A stretch of 64,000 bases of DNA from an uncultured delta proteobacterium (GTDB lineage: Bacteria > Myxococcota > Myxococcia > Myxococcales > Myxococcaceae): positions 64,001 through 128,000 of the forward strand of contig CAWCKH010000002.1 in NCBI GenBank assembly GCA_963796055.1, given 5' to 3'. This document shows, in pieces, positions 41,365-54,447 of the stretch (its first letter is position 1; every line of letters starts with the position of its first letter). Position numbers and translations under genes: made by a program. The notes under the pieces were generated by a model. It was not told where the DNA came from. It was given only the letters and a program-made list of their open reading frames with translations, and made no database searches.

Positions 41365-42068
41365 CTGCCGCCCGTCGCGCGGCGGCGGAGGCCTGGGCCT
41401 TCCGCGCGCGGGTGGAGCAGGACGCAGCGCTGCGGTTCGACCGGCTGGCGGCCACCGTCGCCGGTTTCGATTCCGCCTCCCCCGTCCCGGCGATGATGCG
41501 CCGGGCGGCCGACGACGAGCGCCGGCACACCGAGCTGTGCGCCCGTCTGGCGGGGAGCCTCGGTCATCCCGTGAAGCTGGACCCGGCGGCGGAGCTGCCG
41601 TCGATCGCCCCCCGGTCGCTCGACGCACGCCAGGCGGCGCTCTACGAGGTCGTCGCGGCGTGCTGCATCACCGAGACCGAGAGCATGGCCACGCTCACCA
41701 CCCTGCTCGCCGGTGAGCCCGACCCCGAGGTGCGCGAGGTGCTCCACAGCATCTCCCGCGACGAGGTGCTCCACGCGCGCATGGGCTGGGCGCATCTTTC
41801 ACGCGAGTCGAGCTCCGCCGACGTCACCTTCCTCGCGCCGCTCGTCCCGGGAATGCTCGCCGGTACCATCGACGAGGGCCTCTTCGGCAACCCGCCGGCG
41901 GACGAGGACCCCGAGGGGCTCCTCCGCCTCGGCGTGCTCCCGCTGGCGAAGAAGCGCGAGGTCTTCCTGGGGACCCTGGAACAGGTCGTGTTCCCCGGGC
42001 TGGAGCGCTTCGGAGTGGACCCCGAGCCCGGGCGACAGTGGCTCGCCCACGCTGCCGGGCTGCGCTGA
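41361..42068 (+). CDS. Ferritin-like diiron-carboxylate protein
   Basis: E..., DERRH, E..., DEVLH (two ExxH) ligand pattern; no signal peptide. Confidence 0.8.
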   Translation: MTAARRAAAEAWAFRARVEQDAALRFDRLAATVAGFDSASPVPAMMRRAADDERRHTELCARLAGSLGHPVKLDPAAELPSIAPRSLDARQAALYEVVAACCITETESMATLTTLLAGEPDPEVREVLHSISRDEVLHARMGWAHLSRESSSADVTFLAPLVPGMLAGTIDEGLFGNPPADEDPEGLLRLGVLPLAKKREVFLGTLEQVVFPGLERFGVDPEPGRQWLAHAAGLR

Positions 42069-42093
42069 GCGCGGGCCGGTCAGCGGACCGGTG

Positions 42094-43737
42094 TCAGAGC
42101 GCCGGGAGCGCCGCGCCGGAGGCGAAGGTCGGTGGCTTCCGCGCGTGCGTCGCCTGCTCGTAGGCGTAGGCGAACGCGAGCAGCCGGGCCTCGCTCCAGG
42201 CGCGGCCGAAGAAGCTCAGGCCCACGGGGAGCCCACGCACCTGGCCCATCGGCACCGTGACGTGGGGATAGCCCGACACTGCCGGCGGCGTGCTGCACCC
42301 GCCGGCCGAGGAGTCCCCGTTCACCCAGTCGATGAGCCACGCCGGGCCCTGCGTGGGTGCCACCAGGGCGTCGAGCTTGTGCCTGTCCATCACCGCGTCG
42401 ATGCCTTCGCGGCGTGACAGGCGAAGGCACGCCTCCCGGGCCTTCCGGTACGCCGGCGTGGTCAGCGGCCCCTTCTTCTCGGCGTCGATGAACAGCTCCT
42501 GGCCGAACAGAGGCATCTCCGCGTCGGCGTGCGCCTGGTTCCACTCGATCAGCGCCTTCAGCGTCCGCGGGCCCGGGCCACCGAGCTTCGACAGGTACCC
42601 CTCGAGGTCTGCCTTGAACTCGTAGAGCAGCACCTCCAGCTCGGGCTCGTCGATCTTCGCCGCGGTGGCGATCGGCGCGGGGTCGACGAGGATCGCCCCC
42701 TCGGCCTTCAGAATCTTGAGGCCCTCCTCCGCGAGGGCGTCCGTCGCCGGGTGGTAGCCGAAGTACTTGGGACGGGGGACGCCGATGCGCGCTCCCTTCA
42801 GCGCGCCCCGGTCCAGCGCCGCGGTGTAACGGACGTCGAACTTCGCCCCCTTCGCCGCAGAGGCTGCATCAGCCGGATCGCGCCCGACGAGCACCTCCAG
42901 CAGCAGCGCCGCGTCGCGCACCGTCCGCGCCATCGGCCCGGCGGTGTCCTGGCTGTGCGAGATGGGGACGACGCCGCTCCTGCTCACCAGACCCATCGTG
43001 GGCTTCACCCCCACCAGCGCCGACGCCGCCGAGGGGGAGACGATGGACCCGTCGGTCTCGGTGCCCACGGCGACCGCGCAGAGGTTCGCGGCCACCGCCA
43101 CCCCCGAGCCGGAGCTCGACCCCGACGGGCTCCGGTCCAGCGCATAGCCATTCCGGCACTGGCCGCCCCGTCCGCTCCAGCCGCTGGAGGAGTGCGAGGA
43201 GCGGAAGTTGGCCCACTCGCTGAGCTGCGTCTTCCCCAGCAGCACCGCCCCCGCCTCGCGCAGCCGGCCCACCAGGAACGCGTCCGCGGGCACCGTGGCC
43301 TCCATGAGCGCGAGCGACCCCGCGGTGGTACGCATCCGGTCCCTGGTCGCGATGTTGTCCTTGAGCAGCACCGGGATGCCGTGCAGCGGGCCGCGGACCC
43401 TCCCCGCCTTGCGCTCTCGATCCAGCGCCTCGGCCTGGGCCAGCGCGTCCGGGTTGGCTTCCAGCACCGAGCGGAGACGCCCGTCGCGCTGGGCGATGCG
43501 GTCCAGGTACTTCTGGGTGATGGACCGGCTGGTCTCCTCGCCACTCGCCATCCGCGCCTGGAGCGCGTCGAGCGTCGACTCGTCGAGCGCGTCCCCGGCG
43601 CCCGCGTCCGCCGCGCTGGCCGGAGCCGCGGCGACCCGTTCCCCGCCAAGCAGCGCCGCCCCCGCCACCCCCAGCTGCAAGAGTCGCCGCCGCGACAGCA
43701 GGTCGAGCAGACCCGCGCCGTTTCCCTTCCGCTGCAT
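42094..43737 (-). CDS. Amidase signature family enzyme with Tat signal
   Basis: SRRRLL, LHGIPVLLKDN, SGSSSGS and GTETDGSI. Confidence 0.94.
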   Translation of the reverse strand: MQRKGNGAGLLDLLSRRRLLQLGVAGAALLGGERVAAAPASAADAGAGDALDESTLDALQARMASGEETSRSITQKYLDRIAQRDGRLRSVLEANPDALAQAEALDRERKAGRVRGPLHGIPVLLKDNIATRDRMRTTAGSLALMEATVPADAFLVGRLREAGAVLLGKTQLSEWANFRSSHSSSGWSGRGGQCRNGYALDRSPSGSSSGSGVAVAANLCAVAVGTETDGSIVSPSAASALVGVKPTMGLVSRSGVVPISHSQDTAGPMARTVRDAALLLEVLVGRDPADAASAAKGAKFDVRYTAALDRGALKGARIGVPRPKYFGYHPATDALAEEGLKILKAEGAILVDPAPIATAAKIDEPELEVLLYEFKADLEGYLSKLGGPGPRTLKALIEWNQAHADAEMPLFGQELFIDAEKKGPLTTPAYRKAREACLRLSRREGIDAVMDRHKLDALVAPTQGPAWLIDWVNGDSSAGGCSTPPAVSGYPHVTVPMGQVRGLPVGLSFFGRAWSEARLLAFAYAYEQATHARKPPTFASGAALPAL

Positions 43738-43825
43738 GCATCCTCCTGACGTGGGTCGCCGAGCCTGTCATCGGAGACCCCGGGCCGGCCAGCGCTGCGT
43801 TCAGCCGTTGCTACAGGAGGGGGGT

Positions 43826-44794
43826 TCAGCGCTCCGTGGTCGGACAGGGCGAGCGCAGGTCGAGCGCCGCGGCCGGAACCTGGTACACGTCCCGTAGCCC
43901 GTTGCCGGGAGCGGACAGGCGCCGCTCGAGCTGCTCGACAGTCATCGGTGTCGGCGGCGGCTGCCAGTCGCTGCGATTGCTGGTGAAGAAGAAGGTCCGT
44001 CCGTCGGGGGAGAAGCGCGGCCCGAAGTCCCACCCGGGGGAGTTGACACCGGCGCCCAGCGGACGGGGCTCGGTCCACCTGCCCTGACAGCGGAAGCTGA
44101 CGAAGAGGTCGTACTCCCCTGCCCCTCCCGTCCGGCCCCGCCCGCTGAAGACCAGCATCCGGCCGTCCGGGGAGATCCACGGCTCGATCTCCTGGTCCGG
44201 CGTGTTGATCGTCTCCCCGAGGTTCTCCGGCGCGGCGAAGTGGTCTCCGAGCCATCGCGTCTGCCACAGGTCGCACTTGCCCTTCCCGCCCGCTCGCTCC
44301 GAGCCGAAGAAGAGCACTCCGTCGTCGGTCATGGTGGGGAACCATTCGTCCCCCGGGCTGGAGAGCTCGGCCACGTGCCGGGGCGATCCCCAGCCGGTGC
44401 CGGTCCGCTCCATCGTCCAGATCTCGGTGTCCGGCCTGGGCGTGTCTCCCTCCACGGGCCGGTTGGAGATGAAGAAGAGCCGCTTTCCGTCCCGGGTGAT
44501 GGTCACGTCGCCGTCGTTCCAGCGGCCGCTGAAGGAGGCCACGCGCGCCGGGCCCCAGCGTCCTCTCACGCGGCGCGAGACCAGCACCGTCCAGTGGGCG
44601 AAGTCGGGCGTGTTCCGGAGGAAGAAGAGGGTCTGCCCATCGGGGGAGAAGCTCACGTGCGCGTCGTCGTGGCCGGTCGAGACCAGCCCCTCCTCGAACC
44701 GCGTCGGGCCCGTCGGAGGGCTGGCGGCGGCCATCGCCGAGGTGGTGAGCAAGAGGATGCGCAGCGGGTGCAGGAATGAGCGTGGTGATCGCAT
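43826..44794 (-). CDS. PD40/TolB-like beta-propeller protein
   Basis: Repeated FSPDG..LFF.SNR units; signal peptide. Confidence 0.85.
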   Translation of the reverse strand: MRSPRSFLHPLRILLLTTSAMAAASPPTGPTRFEEGLVSTGHDDAHVSFSPDGQTLFFLRNTPDFAHWTVLVSRRVRGRWGPARVASFSGRWNDGDVTITRDGKRLFFISNRPVEGDTPRPDTEIWTMERTGTGWGSPRHVAELSSPGDEWFPTMTDDGVLFFGSERAGGKGKCDLWQTRWLGDHFAAPENLGETINTPDQEIEPWISPDGRMLVFSGRGRTGGAGEYDLFVSFRCQGRWTEPRPLGAGVNSPGWDFGPRFSPDGRTFFFTSNRSDWQPPPTPMTVEQLERRLSAPGNGLRDVYQVPAAALDLRSPCPTTER

Positions 44795-44897
44795 GGTCCG
44801 GCCGAGTGTTCCGGACGAGGCAGGGCCGGGCGCCATCACGAAATCAAGATCGAGCGCGTCGGATGACGGGGCCCGGTTCTTGAAGTCGTTCCCGGCC

Positions 44898-45209
44898 ATG
44901 CTGGTCTCCCTCGCCGTGGCCGCGACGGTGCTCGCCTCTCCCCCTCCGCTGGCGGTGGCAAGCCAGCTGCCGAAGGGCGCGGTCTTGCTGGTCATCGGCC
45001 CCGGGGAGGCGAGTGCACCCGCGTCGCTGCCCCGACCGTCCGCCCCGGTGGTGTCCCCGCCTGCCGCGTTTCTGGGGGGCTTCCTGGATCAGTTCGCGGT
45101 GGTGAAGCCACACCGCTCCGGCCGCGACGCGCCGCCGAGCATGCAGATGTTCCTCCTCATCGCACCGATGAAGGGGAAGGTGGGCGTCCACGCCATGGGA
45201 AGTTTCTGA
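44898..45209 (+). CDS. Hypothetical small exported protein
   Basis: Signal-like MLVSLAVAATVLA; fills the intergenic gap; ends GVHAMGSF. Confidence 0.45.
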   Translation: MLVSLAVAATVLASPPPLAVASQLPKGAVLLVIGPGEASAPASLPRPSAPVVSPPAAFLGGFLDQFAVVKPHRSGRDAPPSMQMFLLIAPMKGKVGVHAMGSF

Positions 45210-45308
45210 GCCGGGCGGCCGGCTCGCTCGTCGGCTTCAGCCCCGCACGTTGCGCGGCGAACGGCGGCTGAACGTTCCCTCGACGCTGGCCAGGTAGTCC
45301 CGTGCGCG

Positions 45309-45920
45309 TCAGTCGAGGAAGCTGACCTCGCCCGAGTCGAGCGCGTAGTCCGCGCCGGCGACTCGAAGCCGTCCGGCGAGCACCAGACGTTCGAGGATCT
45401 CCGACCCGTGCCGGAGCTGGTTCACGGAGGCCCGGATGTTGGCCCGCACCGCCTCCTGCACCAGCCGGGAGCGCTCCTCGGCCAGCTCGGTCTGCAGCAG
45501 TCCCTCGATCGACGGGCGCACCCGGTCCACGATGGACCGCAGTCCCGCGCTCTGGGGCTGGCCGGGCCGCGCCAGCGCCTCCAGCGTGGCCTCGATGGCG
45601 CCGCAGCGGCTGTGCCCCAGCACCACCACCAGCTGCACGCCGAAGCGCTCCACCGCGAACTCCACGCTGCCGATCTGCGACGGGGCCACGATGTTGCCGG
45701 CCACCCGGATGACGAACAGGTCGCCGAGCCCCTGGTCGAAGACGATCTCCGCCGGCACCCGCGCGTCGGAGCAACCGAGGATGACCGCGAACGGACGGTG
45801 GTTGTCGGCCACCTCCGCCCGGCGGACGGCGGAGGTGAGCGCCTCGGAGCGGCGGAGGTTGTTGACGAAGCGGGCGTTGCCGTCCTGGAGGCGGCGGAGG
45901 GCCACCGCGGGGTCCACCAT
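45309..45920 (-). CDS. Beta-class carbonic anhydrase
   Basis: GCSDARVP, RVAGN and LGHSRCGA motifs. Confidence 0.95.
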   Translation of the reverse strand: MVDPAVALRRLQDGNARFVNNLRRSEALTSAVRRAEVADNHRPFAVILGCSDARVPAEIVFDQGLGDLFVIRVAGNIVAPSQIGSVEFAVERFGVQLVVVLGHSRCGAIEATLEALARPGQPQSAGLRSIVDRVRPSIEGLLQTELAEERSRLVQEAVRANIRASVNQLRHGSEILERLVLAGRLRVAGADYALDSGEVSFLD

Positions 45921-46043
45921 GGGCGCGCTACCCTGCGACCGGTCGCACCGGGAGGTCAACGACTTCCCGCGCCGTGTGCCGTCGAGAGGACGAACGCCTG
46001 GCGTCAGGCCCAGGGAACAGAGTGCGTCGCGGTGGAGGCGGCG

Positions 46044-47270
46044 GTGGACACCTCGACACTGGAGGCGCGGTACCGCCCGCGGGCACAGCGGGAGGGTATC
46101 GCGCTCTGCCTCTCGGGCGGCGGCTTCCGGGCGGCGCTCTTCCACGCCGGTGCCCTGCGCCGGCTGAACGAGCTGGGCCTGCTCTCGCAGGTTCGCACCA
46201 TCTCCTCGGTCTCGGGAGGCTCCATCGCCAGCGCGCTGCTCGCCTCGGTCTGGACGAGGCTGGAGCGCGACGGCCCGTGCTTCACCAACCTCGAGGCGCT
46301 GTTCGAGCAGCCGCTGCGCGCCTTCTGCGGCCGCAACATCCGCAACTGGCCCCTGCTCTGGGGACGCCTGGACCCGCGCAACTGGCCGCGCCTGCTCTCC
46401 AGCACGTTCAGCGCCACCGACCTGCTGGTCGCCGAGTACCACCGGCTCGTCGGGTCCATCCCGCTGAGCGCCCTACCCCACCACCCCCGCTTCGTCTTCT
46501 GCGCGGCCAACCTCCAGACCGGGGTGAGCTTCGAGCTGTCGGCCAGGTCCATCGGGGACTACGTGCTCGGGTACTCCGAGCCGGGTCGGTTCACCCTCGC
46601 GGAGGCCGTGGCCGCCTCCTCGTCCTTCCCCTTGGCCTTTCCACCCCTGGTGCGCGCGGTCGACGTCGAGGCCTTGGTGGGCGGCGACCCTCGGGCGGTG
46701 GCGATCGGCTTCCGCCCAGGCCCGCGCATCGCCCTGACCGACGGCGGGGTCTACGACAACATGGGGCTCGAGCCGGCGTGGAAGACGCACGAGGTGGTCC
46801 TGGTCTCGGACGGCGGCACCCCGTTCGAGATCCACGCCCGGGCCCGCGCGTGGCTCGTGCCCAGGCTGCTCCGCTCGTTCCAGGTCGTCGCCAACCAGGC
46901 GCTGGCGGTGCGCAAGCGCTGGCTGGTCGCCGCGTATCTCCGTGGCGTGTACCGGGGGGCCTACTGGGGGCTCGGGACGGACCGGGACGAGTACCGGGCG
47001 CCCGGCGCGGCCCGCCCACCGGGCTACTCGGGACGGGTCCTGGACCGGCTTCGGGTCGTCCGCACCGACCTCGACCGCTTCTCTCCCGCCGAGCAATCGG
47101 TCCTGATGAACCACGGGTGGGCTCTGGCCGGGGCTGCGCTCGTGCGCTGGGGAGCGGATCTGACGACGACCCTTGCTCCCCCGGTGGCACCGGACCCGGC
47201 ACTGCTCGACCCGGACGCGGCCCTCGCCGCTCTCGCCGGGAGCGATCGGTTCAGAATCCTCGGCCACTAG
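46044..47270 (+). CDS. Patatin-like phospholipase
   Basis: LSGGGFRA, SVSGGS and DGGVYDN; GGAGG RBS. Confidence 0.9.
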   Translation: MDTSTLEARYRPRAQREGIALCLSGGGFRAALFHAGALRRLNELGLLSQVRTISSVSGGSIASALLASVWTRLERDGPCFTNLEALFEQPLRAFCGRNIRNWPLLWGRLDPRNWPRLLSSTFSATDLLVAEYHRLVGSIPLSALPHHPRFVFCAANLQTGVSFELSARSIGDYVLGYSEPGRFTLAEAVAASSSFPLAFPPLVRAVDVEALVGGDPRAVAIGFRPGPRIALTDGGVYDNMGLEPAWKTHEVVLVSDGGTPFEIHARARAWLVPRLLRSFQVVANQALAVRKRWLVAAYLRGVYRGAYWGLGTDRDEYRAPGAARPPGYSGRVLDRLRVVRTDLDRFSPAEQSVLMNHGWALAGAALVRWGADLTTTLAPPVAPDPALLDPDAALAALAGSDRFRILGH

Positions 47271-47335
47271 GTGCATTCACCGAAATGCTTGTCACCTACC
47301 CGGTCCGCATCGGAGAGTGGCGGTGGGAGGGGTCG

Positions 47336-48280
47336 ATGCACAGGACTGCACGGGCCGTGGTCGTCCTGAGCCTGGTGGCTGCGACCGACGCGGGCGCGGT
47401 CGTCGATGAGATTCCGGCCGTCCCGCCCCGCCGGAGCCTGGGCGCCCACCTCTTCATCCCCCGCGAAGGGGTGACCGACCCGTTCACCGCGAGCTTCGTG
47501 GCCAGCAGCTCCGGAGTCGCGACCGGAAGCGCGAAGGGACCGACCTTCGACCTCAATGGCAAGCCGGTGAACATCGAGGACTACAAGGTCCTCGCCTACT
47601 CGCAGCTCTTCACCGCTCAGTGGGGGATCGCCGACTTCTGGGCATGGCGGCTGCGAATACTCGGTAGCATCTACACGGGGACGAACACCGCTGGGGCCGT
47701 GGGCGTGGGGGTGAACGGGCTGGTCCGCGGCAGCGTGGGGACGACCTTGGGCTTCCAGATCGCGGACGACCTCCGGCTGGGTGCCGTGGTCGACGTGGCC
47801 TGGGGTCCATCGGTGGCGCTCAGCATCCTGGACTCGATCCGGCAGAGCATCTCGGAGGGGAGCGTGCAGAGCCCGGTGACGAACTCGTATTCCACCACCG
47901 TCACCCCGACCCTCTCCCTGGCCTGGACGATCGCCCGCGGATGGGGCGCCCTGTTCAACGTCGCCTACGTGAACGGCGTGGTGGAGGTGAACCAGGCGAC
48001 CAGTGACACGGACATGCTCCTCTTCCAGGGGGCGCTGGAGCTCGATCTCCGCGAGCTCGGCGGCATCCCCCTGGGGATCGCGGCCGACTACAGCGCCGGT
48101 TACAGCACGGGCAGGACGCGCTTCCGGCGCTACGTTGCCGGGCTGGGCTTCTTCTACACCGGCCGGCCCGGGCTCACCGTGGGACTGGACCTCGGCTACC
48201 GCCGCTCGCCGCTCGGAACGCACGACATCTTCGTCAGCTCGTTTTCGGGCACGTTCTCGCTTCGCTTCACCTTCAACTGA
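47336..48280 (+). CDS. Hypothetical outer-membrane beta-barrel protein
   Basis: Signal peptide, amphipathic strands, ends FSLRFTFN. Confidence 0.65.
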   Translation: MHRTARAVVVLSLVAATDAGAVVDEIPAVPPRRSLGAHLFIPREGVTDPFTASFVASSSGVATGSAKGPTFDLNGKPVNIEDYKVLAYSQLFTAQWGIADFWAWRLRILGSIYTGTNTAGAVGVGVNGLVRGSVGTTLGFQIADDLRLGAVVDVAWGPSVALSILDSIRQSISEGSVQSPVTNSYSTTVTPTLSLAWTIARGWGALFNVAYVNGVVEVNQATSDTDMLLFQGALELDLRELGGIPLGIAADYSAGYSTGRTRFRRYVAGLGFFYTGRPGLTVGLDLGYRRSPLGTHDIFVSSFSGTFSLRFTFN

Positions 48281-48339
48281 CGGTACGACCAAGGTCTCAC
48301 TTGGGTCGGAGCGGGAGACCGGGCGCAGACTGGAGAAGC

Positions 48340-48936
48340 ATGAAGATTCCTCTTGCAGCGTTGACGACGTGCCTGCTCCTCGGTTGTGCGGCCACCAAGA
48401 TCGAGAACACCTGGACGGCGAACCAGCCCCCTCCGCAGCCGATCCAGAAGTTCGCGGTCTTCGCGGTGACCGGGTCTCCCTCGGGGCGAATCGCCTACGA
48501 GGAGACGCTCACCACCCGGCTCAAGGAGGCCGGGCTCCCCGCCGTTCCCGGGTACGACCTGGTGACTTACGACGAGCACCCCTCGAAGGAGGAGGTGATG
48601 CACCGGCTGGAGGAGAAGCAGATCGACGGGGCGCTGGTGAGCCGGATCGATCGGCGTACCACCAAGACCGAGTCCACACCGGTCTGGGTCGGCGGGGGAT
48701 ACGCGGTGGGCTTCTACGACTACTACTACACGCCGGTGGCCATGGGGACCTACACCACCGAGACCAACGAGTTCGTCGTGGAGACGGTCCTCTACAGCCT
48801 GCGCGACAACCGGCCGTACTGGATGGCCCGGAGCAACACCAGCCGGACCAACCCGACCAAGTTCGCCACCGACATCGCCAAGCCGGTGGCGGACTCGCTG
48901 AAGGAGTCGGGCCTCTTCGGTCCGCCCGCCCGCTAG
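48340..48936 (+). CDS. Lipoprotein (DUF4136-like)
   Basis: LLGC lipobox; Tyr-rich loop GFYDYYY. Confidence 0.7.
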   Translation: MKIPLAALTTCLLLGCAATKIENTWTANQPPPQPIQKFAVFAVTGSPSGRIAYEETLTTRLKEAGLPAVPGYDLVTYDEHPSKEEVMHRLEEKQIDGALVSRIDRRTTKTESTPVWVGGGYAVGFYDYYYTPVAMGTYTTETNEFVVETVLYSLRDNRPYWMARSNTSRTNPTKFATDIAKPVADSLKESGLFGPPAR

Positions 48937-48961
48937 GAGCGGCCCGGGAGCCCGCCCGAGC

Positions 48962-49846
48962 ATGGGGCATCGAGGCAGCGGCACCGCGGTGGGACTCGCG
49001 CTGGTCGCGTCGGCCCTCGCCCTGGCCTGTGCCCACTCGCCCCCGACCCCCCTCCCTGCGGAGCAGTCCGAGGAGCGCCGCCTGGCGGGAGCGGACGGAT
49101 GGCTCCTGGGGAGCGCGCTCGGCCTCGGGCCCGGCATCCCAGTGGCCTTCATGCACGGTGTGGGAGGGAACCACCACTTCTTCGACCCGCAGCTTGCCGA
49201 CCTCCGGGGCGGACGGCGGGTGCTGGCCTTCGATCAGCGCGGCTGCGGCGGCAGCGCCGATGCGCCGAAGGGGGAGTATGATCTCGACACGCGGGTGCGG
49301 GACCTCGGCGCGGTCCTCGACGTCCTTCGCTTCGACCCGGTCATCCTGGTCGGCCACGGCACCGGGGCACAGGTGGTGGCCCGGTACGCCGAGCGCAACC
49401 CGGAGCGGGTGCTCGGGCTGCTAATCGTCAACCCGGTGAGCGGCAACGCCGCGGCGGCCCGTGTCGCCGACCTGCCCGACGGCGAGCTCCGCCCGGCGCT
49501 CGAGACCTGGCTCGGGACTCTGCTCGATGGCGCGAGCCCCGGCACCCGGGAGAAGGTCCTCGCGTCCGCGCGGACGGCGCGAATCCCGGCGATGCGCGCG
49601 ATGCTGGCCGACGCCGCGGGAACCGACCTCGCGGGGAGCCTGGCCACCTACCCCGGTCCGGTCCTGATCCTCGCTGCTCCGGGCGAGCCCATCCCCGGCC
49701 CCCTTCGTTCCGGGATCGAGACCCGGCGACTCTCCGGCGGAAGCCACTGGTCCACGCTCGATGCGCCGGAGGAGGTGAACAGCGCCTTGCGAGAGTTCCT
49801 CAGGCCGCTCGACGCTGCCGCGGTGAAGCGGCGGAAGGCCGGATGA
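48962..49846 (+). CDS. Alpha/beta hydrolase-fold lipoprotein with atypical nucleophile motif
   Basis: ALAC lipobox, HGVGG, DQRGCGGS, GHGTG and C-terminal H(W). Confidence 0.85.
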   Translation: MGHRGSGTAVGLALVASALALACAHSPPTPLPAEQSEERRLAGADGWLLGSALGLGPGIPVAFMHGVGGNHHFFDPQLADLRGGRRVLAFDQRGCGGSADAPKGEYDLDTRVRDLGAVLDVLRFDPVILVGHGTGAQVVARYAERNPERVLGLLIVNPVSGNAAAARVADLPDGELRPALETWLGTLLDGASPGTREKVLASARTARIPAMRAMLADAAGTDLAGSLATYPGPVLILAAPGEPIPGPLRSGIETRRLSGGSHWSTLDAPEEVNSALREFLRPLDAAAVKRRKAG

Positions 49847-49981
49847 GCGCAAGGGAGCACCGGAATGCGGGCACTGCTCGTCCCTGCCGCGGTGATGATG
49901 CCCGAGGCGAGCGCAGGCCAGCACCTGGCGCCGGAGGCGGAAGGTGAGCCCGGCGAGCGAGGCTCTGGCACAATGGGCGCG

Positions 49982-51574
49982 ATGAGGGGATTCCAGGCGC
50001 TCCTCCTGGGCGTGTCGCTGGCGGCGGCCGGGGCCATGAACCCCGACGCCACGCTGGAGGTCGCCAACCGCAAGGTGTTCACCTTCCGCGCCACTGCCGC
50101 CGGGAGCACGCCGGACGAGCGGCTGGCCAACGCGCGGGCACGCCTCGAGCAGCTGCCCCTGCGCGGGCCGGTGGAGACGGTCGAGACGCGCTCGGTGCAG
50201 GTCGGGGACGAGAGCGGCACCGCGGTCATGGTGGGGCCTCGGCTGGCCTTCGTCGTCGCCGACGGGGACGTGGACCGCCTGGCTGGAGAGACCACCGAGG
50301 GGGCGGCGCGTCAGGCGGCGCAGGTGCTCTCCGAGGCGCTGATCGCCGAGCGGGAACAGCGTTCGGTCCGGCTGCTGGTCCGCTCGGTGCTCCTCTCGGC
50401 GATGAGCACCGTCATCGCAGCCGGCCTGCTCTGGCTGTTCGTGCGAGGCCGGCGGGCCGCCCTCCTGGGCGTCTCGCGGATCACCCGGGAGAAGGGCTTC
50501 CGGCTCTGGGGCGTGGACCTTGGACCGATCATCCGTTCGCTCCTGCGCGGGCTGGTGTTCATCCTCTTCTGGGTCCTGGTGCTCTCGGTGGCGGAGGTGT
50601 GGGTCACCTACGTCCTGTCCCTCTTCCCCCTGACTCGCCCCTGGTCCGACGCGCTCCTGGGCGGGGTCCTCGGGCTCCTCGCGCGCCTGGGCAGGGCCAT
50701 CCTCGCCGGGCTGCCGGGCCTGTCGACCGCGGTGGTGATCCTCCTCATCGGACGGGGCGCGGCCGGGTTCGTCTCCACCGTCGTCCGCCGCGTGGAGGAG
50801 GGAACCAGCTTCGTGCCCGGCATCTACCCCGAGACCGCCGGCGCCACCCGGCGGCTGCTGGTCGGAGCGGTGTGGCTGATCACCATCGCTGCCGCTTACC
50901 CGTACCTGCCAGGCTCGGGCTCCGAGGCCTTCAAGGCGCTGAGCCTGGTGGTGGGCCTGGGACTCTCGCTCGGGTCCACCGGAGTCGTGGCCCAGGCCAT
51001 GAGCGGGCTGGTGGTCATCTACTCCCGGGCACTGTCCCGTGGGGACTGCGTTCGCATCGGCGACACCGAGGGGGTGGTGACGGAGGTCCACCTGCTCTCC
51101 ACCCGGATCCTCACCATCCAAGGCGAGGAGGTCACCATCCCCAACACCGTGGTGGTCAACGGCCCGGTCAAGAACTTCGGTCGGGCCAGGACGGGCCGGG
51201 GCGCGCTCGTCTCGTCGAAGGTGAGCATCGGGTACGACGCCCCCTGGCGGCAGGTGCACGGGCTCCTGCTGGCGGCGGCGAAGGAGACCCCCGGCCTGCG
51301 CGCCGAGCCCGCGCCCTACGTGCTCCAGCGGGCGCTCGACGACTTCTACGTCCAGTATGAGCTGGTCGCCGTGGTGGAGCACCCGGTCGATCGTCCTCTG
51401 GTCGCCTCGGCGCTGCACGCGCGCATCCAGGACGCGTTCAACGCCGCCGGGGTGCAGATCATGTCCCCGCACTTCGTGCTCCAGCCCCGGAACCCGGTGC
51501 TCGGCCAGGCGCCTCCCGAGGAGCGCCCCGCCGAGCCCGCGAAGGCTGTCGCCACCTCGGTCAACCGCCGCTGA
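49982..51574 (+). CDS. MscS family mechanosensitive channel with periplasmic N-domain
   Basis: GDCVRIG..GVV, VTIPN, IGYD and IMSPHF. Confidence 0.9.
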   Translation: MRGFQALLLGVSLAAAGAMNPDATLEVANRKVFTFRATAAGSTPDERLANARARLEQLPLRGPVETVETRSVQVGDESGTAVMVGPRLAFVVADGDVDRLAGETTEGAARQAAQVLSEALIAEREQRSVRLLVRSVLLSAMSTVIAAGLLWLFVRGRRAALLGVSRITREKGFRLWGVDLGPIIRSLLRGLVFILFWVLVLSVAEVWVTYVLSLFPLTRPWSDALLGGVLGLLARLGRAILAGLPGLSTAVVILLIGRGAAGFVSTVVRRVEEGTSFVPGIYPETAGATRRLLVGAVWLITIAAAYPYLPGSGSEAFKALSLVVGLGLSLGSTGVVAQAMSGLVVIYSRALSRGDCVRIGDTEGVVTEVHLLSTRILTIQGEEVTIPNTVVVNGPVKNFGRARTGRGALVSSKVSIGYDAPWRQVHGLLLAAAKETPGLRAEPAPYVLQRALDDFYVQYELVAVVEHPVDRPLVASALHARIQDAFNAAGVQIMSPHFVLQPRNPVLGQAPPEERPAEPAKAVATSVNRR

Positions 51575-51575
51575 C

Positions 51576-54326
<2,751 letters not shown>

Positions 54327-54447
54327 GGTGTCACCCCCGGGGTGTCTTCGAGGATCCGGCAGATGAGTGCAGCGCGGCCGGACCGGAGTCCATCGTCTCT
54401 ACGTGCGCCCTGCGCCGGGTGGCCCTCGCCTCGCAGGGGCGGGCGGC

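Noticed and set aside
46044..47270. Patatin as a CBASS or other anti-phage effector
   Set aside because: No nucleotide cyclase, sensor domain or other defence gene nearby.
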